From the NCBI RefSeq assembly GCF_018977255.1, contig NW_024704742.1:100876001-100940000 (forward strand): DNA of 64,000 bases. Direction: 5' to 3'. Position numbers and translations under genes: made by a program. Below the pieces are notes generated by a model that was not told where the DNA came from, did not search any database, and was given only the letters and a program-made list of their open reading frames with translations. The DNA comes from Callorhinchus milii (lineage: Eukaryota). Positions 62,333 to 64,000 of the stretch are shown here, piece after piece (positions within the stretch are counted from its first letter, which is position 1; the number at the start of each line of letters is the position of its first letter).

Positions 62333-64000
62333 CAACAACAGCAACAACAAGATTACATTTGTATAGTGTGTTTCATATCAGGTGGATGTCCCAAGGTGCT
62401 AGACATTTCAGACCAGAGCTGGAGTCAGAGAGGGAGAAGGGAGGGGAGGGGAAGGTGGGTGGCTGATGGAATGGTTGAAGAGGAGGGTTTTGAAGCAGGA
62501 CTTGAAGGAGGCTAAGGAGGGTCGAGATGGAGTGACTGGGGGATGGAATTCCAGAAGTTGGATTCAGAGTGGCTGAAGGCTCTCCGCCAATGGTGGGGTG
62601 GGTGGGTCGGGGGATGTGGAGCAGGCTAGAGCTGGCTGAGTGGAGGGAATGGGCAGGTTGGTAGGGGGTTAGGAGGTTGCAGAGGTAGGGTAGGGTGAGG
62701 CAATGGAGGGCTTTGTGGAGTCCTGTAGCTCAGTGATTGAGCACTCGCTTTGCAAGCGAGAGACCTGAGTTCATTTCCAGGCAGGGCGAAACCTTGGGCA
62801 AGTTTCCTTACTCCACACGCCTAATAATAATCCCTCCAAAACCAAAAACAATAATAAATTGGTCATTTTCAACCCATGACTGTTTGTGGGACATTGCTGT
62901 GCGCAATTGGCTGCCGCGTTCGCCCACAAATATACAGTCAATTCACTTTACAGTGTGTTCTGTGAAGCGCTTTGGGACGTCCTCCTGACGTGAAAAGCGC
63001 TATATCAAATGCAAGGATTATTATTATTATTATTATTATTATTATTTGTAGGTGAGGACCAGGATCTTGAACTGGATCCTCTGAAAGATAGAGAGCCAAT
63101 GGATTTGGGCGAGAATGGCGGAGATGGGGTCACGGAGTTCGGTGCGGGAGAGGACATGGGCTGCAGAGTTCTGGATTATCTGCAGCTTGTGGAGGGAGGA
63201 ATTGGGAAGGCCGACAAGCAGGGCCTTTGCATAGTCGAGTAGTGTGATGTTACGGAGGTGAGGGAAGGCAGAGCGGGTCATGGCTTGAAGGTGGGGAAGA
63301 AAAGACAGTTGAGGGTTGAACAAGACACCTAGGTTCCTAACTGTTTTGGTGAGTTGTAGTGTGCAGCCATGGAGGTTGATGCTGCCAGAGCCTGAGGTGC
63401 AGAGGCGCTGGCGCGAGCCAATCAGGAGGGCCTCAGTCTTGTTCACATTCAACTGTAGGAAATTTGCCCTCATCCAGGACTTGATGTCCGACCGGCAGTC
63501 TGTCAGGACAGCAGTGGTCCTGGAGTTGAGGGTGGAGGCAGAAAGATAGAGTTGGGTATCATCCGCATACATGTGGAAGTTGACCCCATGTCTGCGGATG
63601 ATGTCACCAACAGGGGAGCAAGTAGATAGTAAAGAGGAGAGGGCCAAGGACATAGCCCTGGGGGATGCCAGACGTGAAAGTGCGGGGCCCGGAGGAGAGA
63701 CTGTTAGAGGCAACAAAGTGGAGATGGTGAGAGAGATAGGATTCGACCCAGACAAGGGCAGGTCTGTGAAGATTAAGTAAAGAGGAGAGGCAGTGTATGA
63801 GGATGGAGTGGTTGACAGTGTCGAAGGCGGCAGAGAGGTCGAGGAGGACAAGGAGGCAGAGAGAGCCCTGATCATAGATATTCAGAATGTCATTAGTGAC
63901 TTTGACCAGGGCTGTTTCCGTGTTATGAGCAGCGTGGAAGCTGGATTGGAGGGGTTCAAAGAGGGAATGGTGAGAGAAAGGAGCAGAGCTGGGATGTGGT
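62333..64000 (-). mobile_element. L2 LINE (first subfamily), runs off the window end, with nested SINE
   Basis: [42 protein letters not shown]; frameshifts; same subfamily as 4750-6740. Confidence 0.97.
62715..63046 (+). mobile_element. Young full-length CmiSINE-like short variant
   Basis: CpG-rich intact copy with a long (ATT)n tail; TTTGT at both junctions (62712-62716 and 63045-63049). Confidence 0.97.

Noticed and set aside
62323..62338. Perfect 16-bp palindrome TTGTTGAATTCAACAA
   Set aside because: Half of it is the L2 (CAA)n tail; explained by the insertion junction
63042..63875. 277-aa ORF with YADD as a functional reverse transcriptase
   Set aside because: The N-terminal third is out-of-frame L2 sequence, there is an internal deletion, and a SINE interrupts the end; dead L2 copy
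1..64000. CRISPR array, operon or prokaryotic defence system
   Set aside because: No repeat-spacer arrays or long intact ORFs; the content is vertebrate SINE/LINE DNA

Overview
This is eukaryotic, repeat-rich non-coding DNA, probably an intron or gene desert. I found no recognisable host protein-coding exon, RNA gene or prokaryotic system. The repeat content points to a cartilaginous fish, most likely a holocephalan (chimaera); this is an inference from recalled family structures, not a database result. The repeats are: tRNA-Ala-headed SINEs with a CORE-like segment, a Deu-like 3' part and an L2-type tail (resembling CmiSINE); tRNA-Deu-L2 SINEs (resembling SacSINE1); at least three L2 LINE subfamilies; and CR1 LINE 3' fragments. 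Nearly every protein-like ORF in the track is a broken L2 endonuclease/RT fragment or SINE read-through. The most informative signals are structural: a ~1.6 kb inversion bounded by a 93-bp inverted duplication, two solo LTRs nested in L2 copies, a scrambled composite L2 inside a SINE tail, a templated insertion inside a SINE, two unrelated elements inserted at the same L2 position, and an unexplained ~210-bp direct repeat pair containing a hairpin. I see no evidence for a wholly new biological system. Boundaries of old repeats are approximate (roughly +/-10-30 bp), and identities were estimated by eye.
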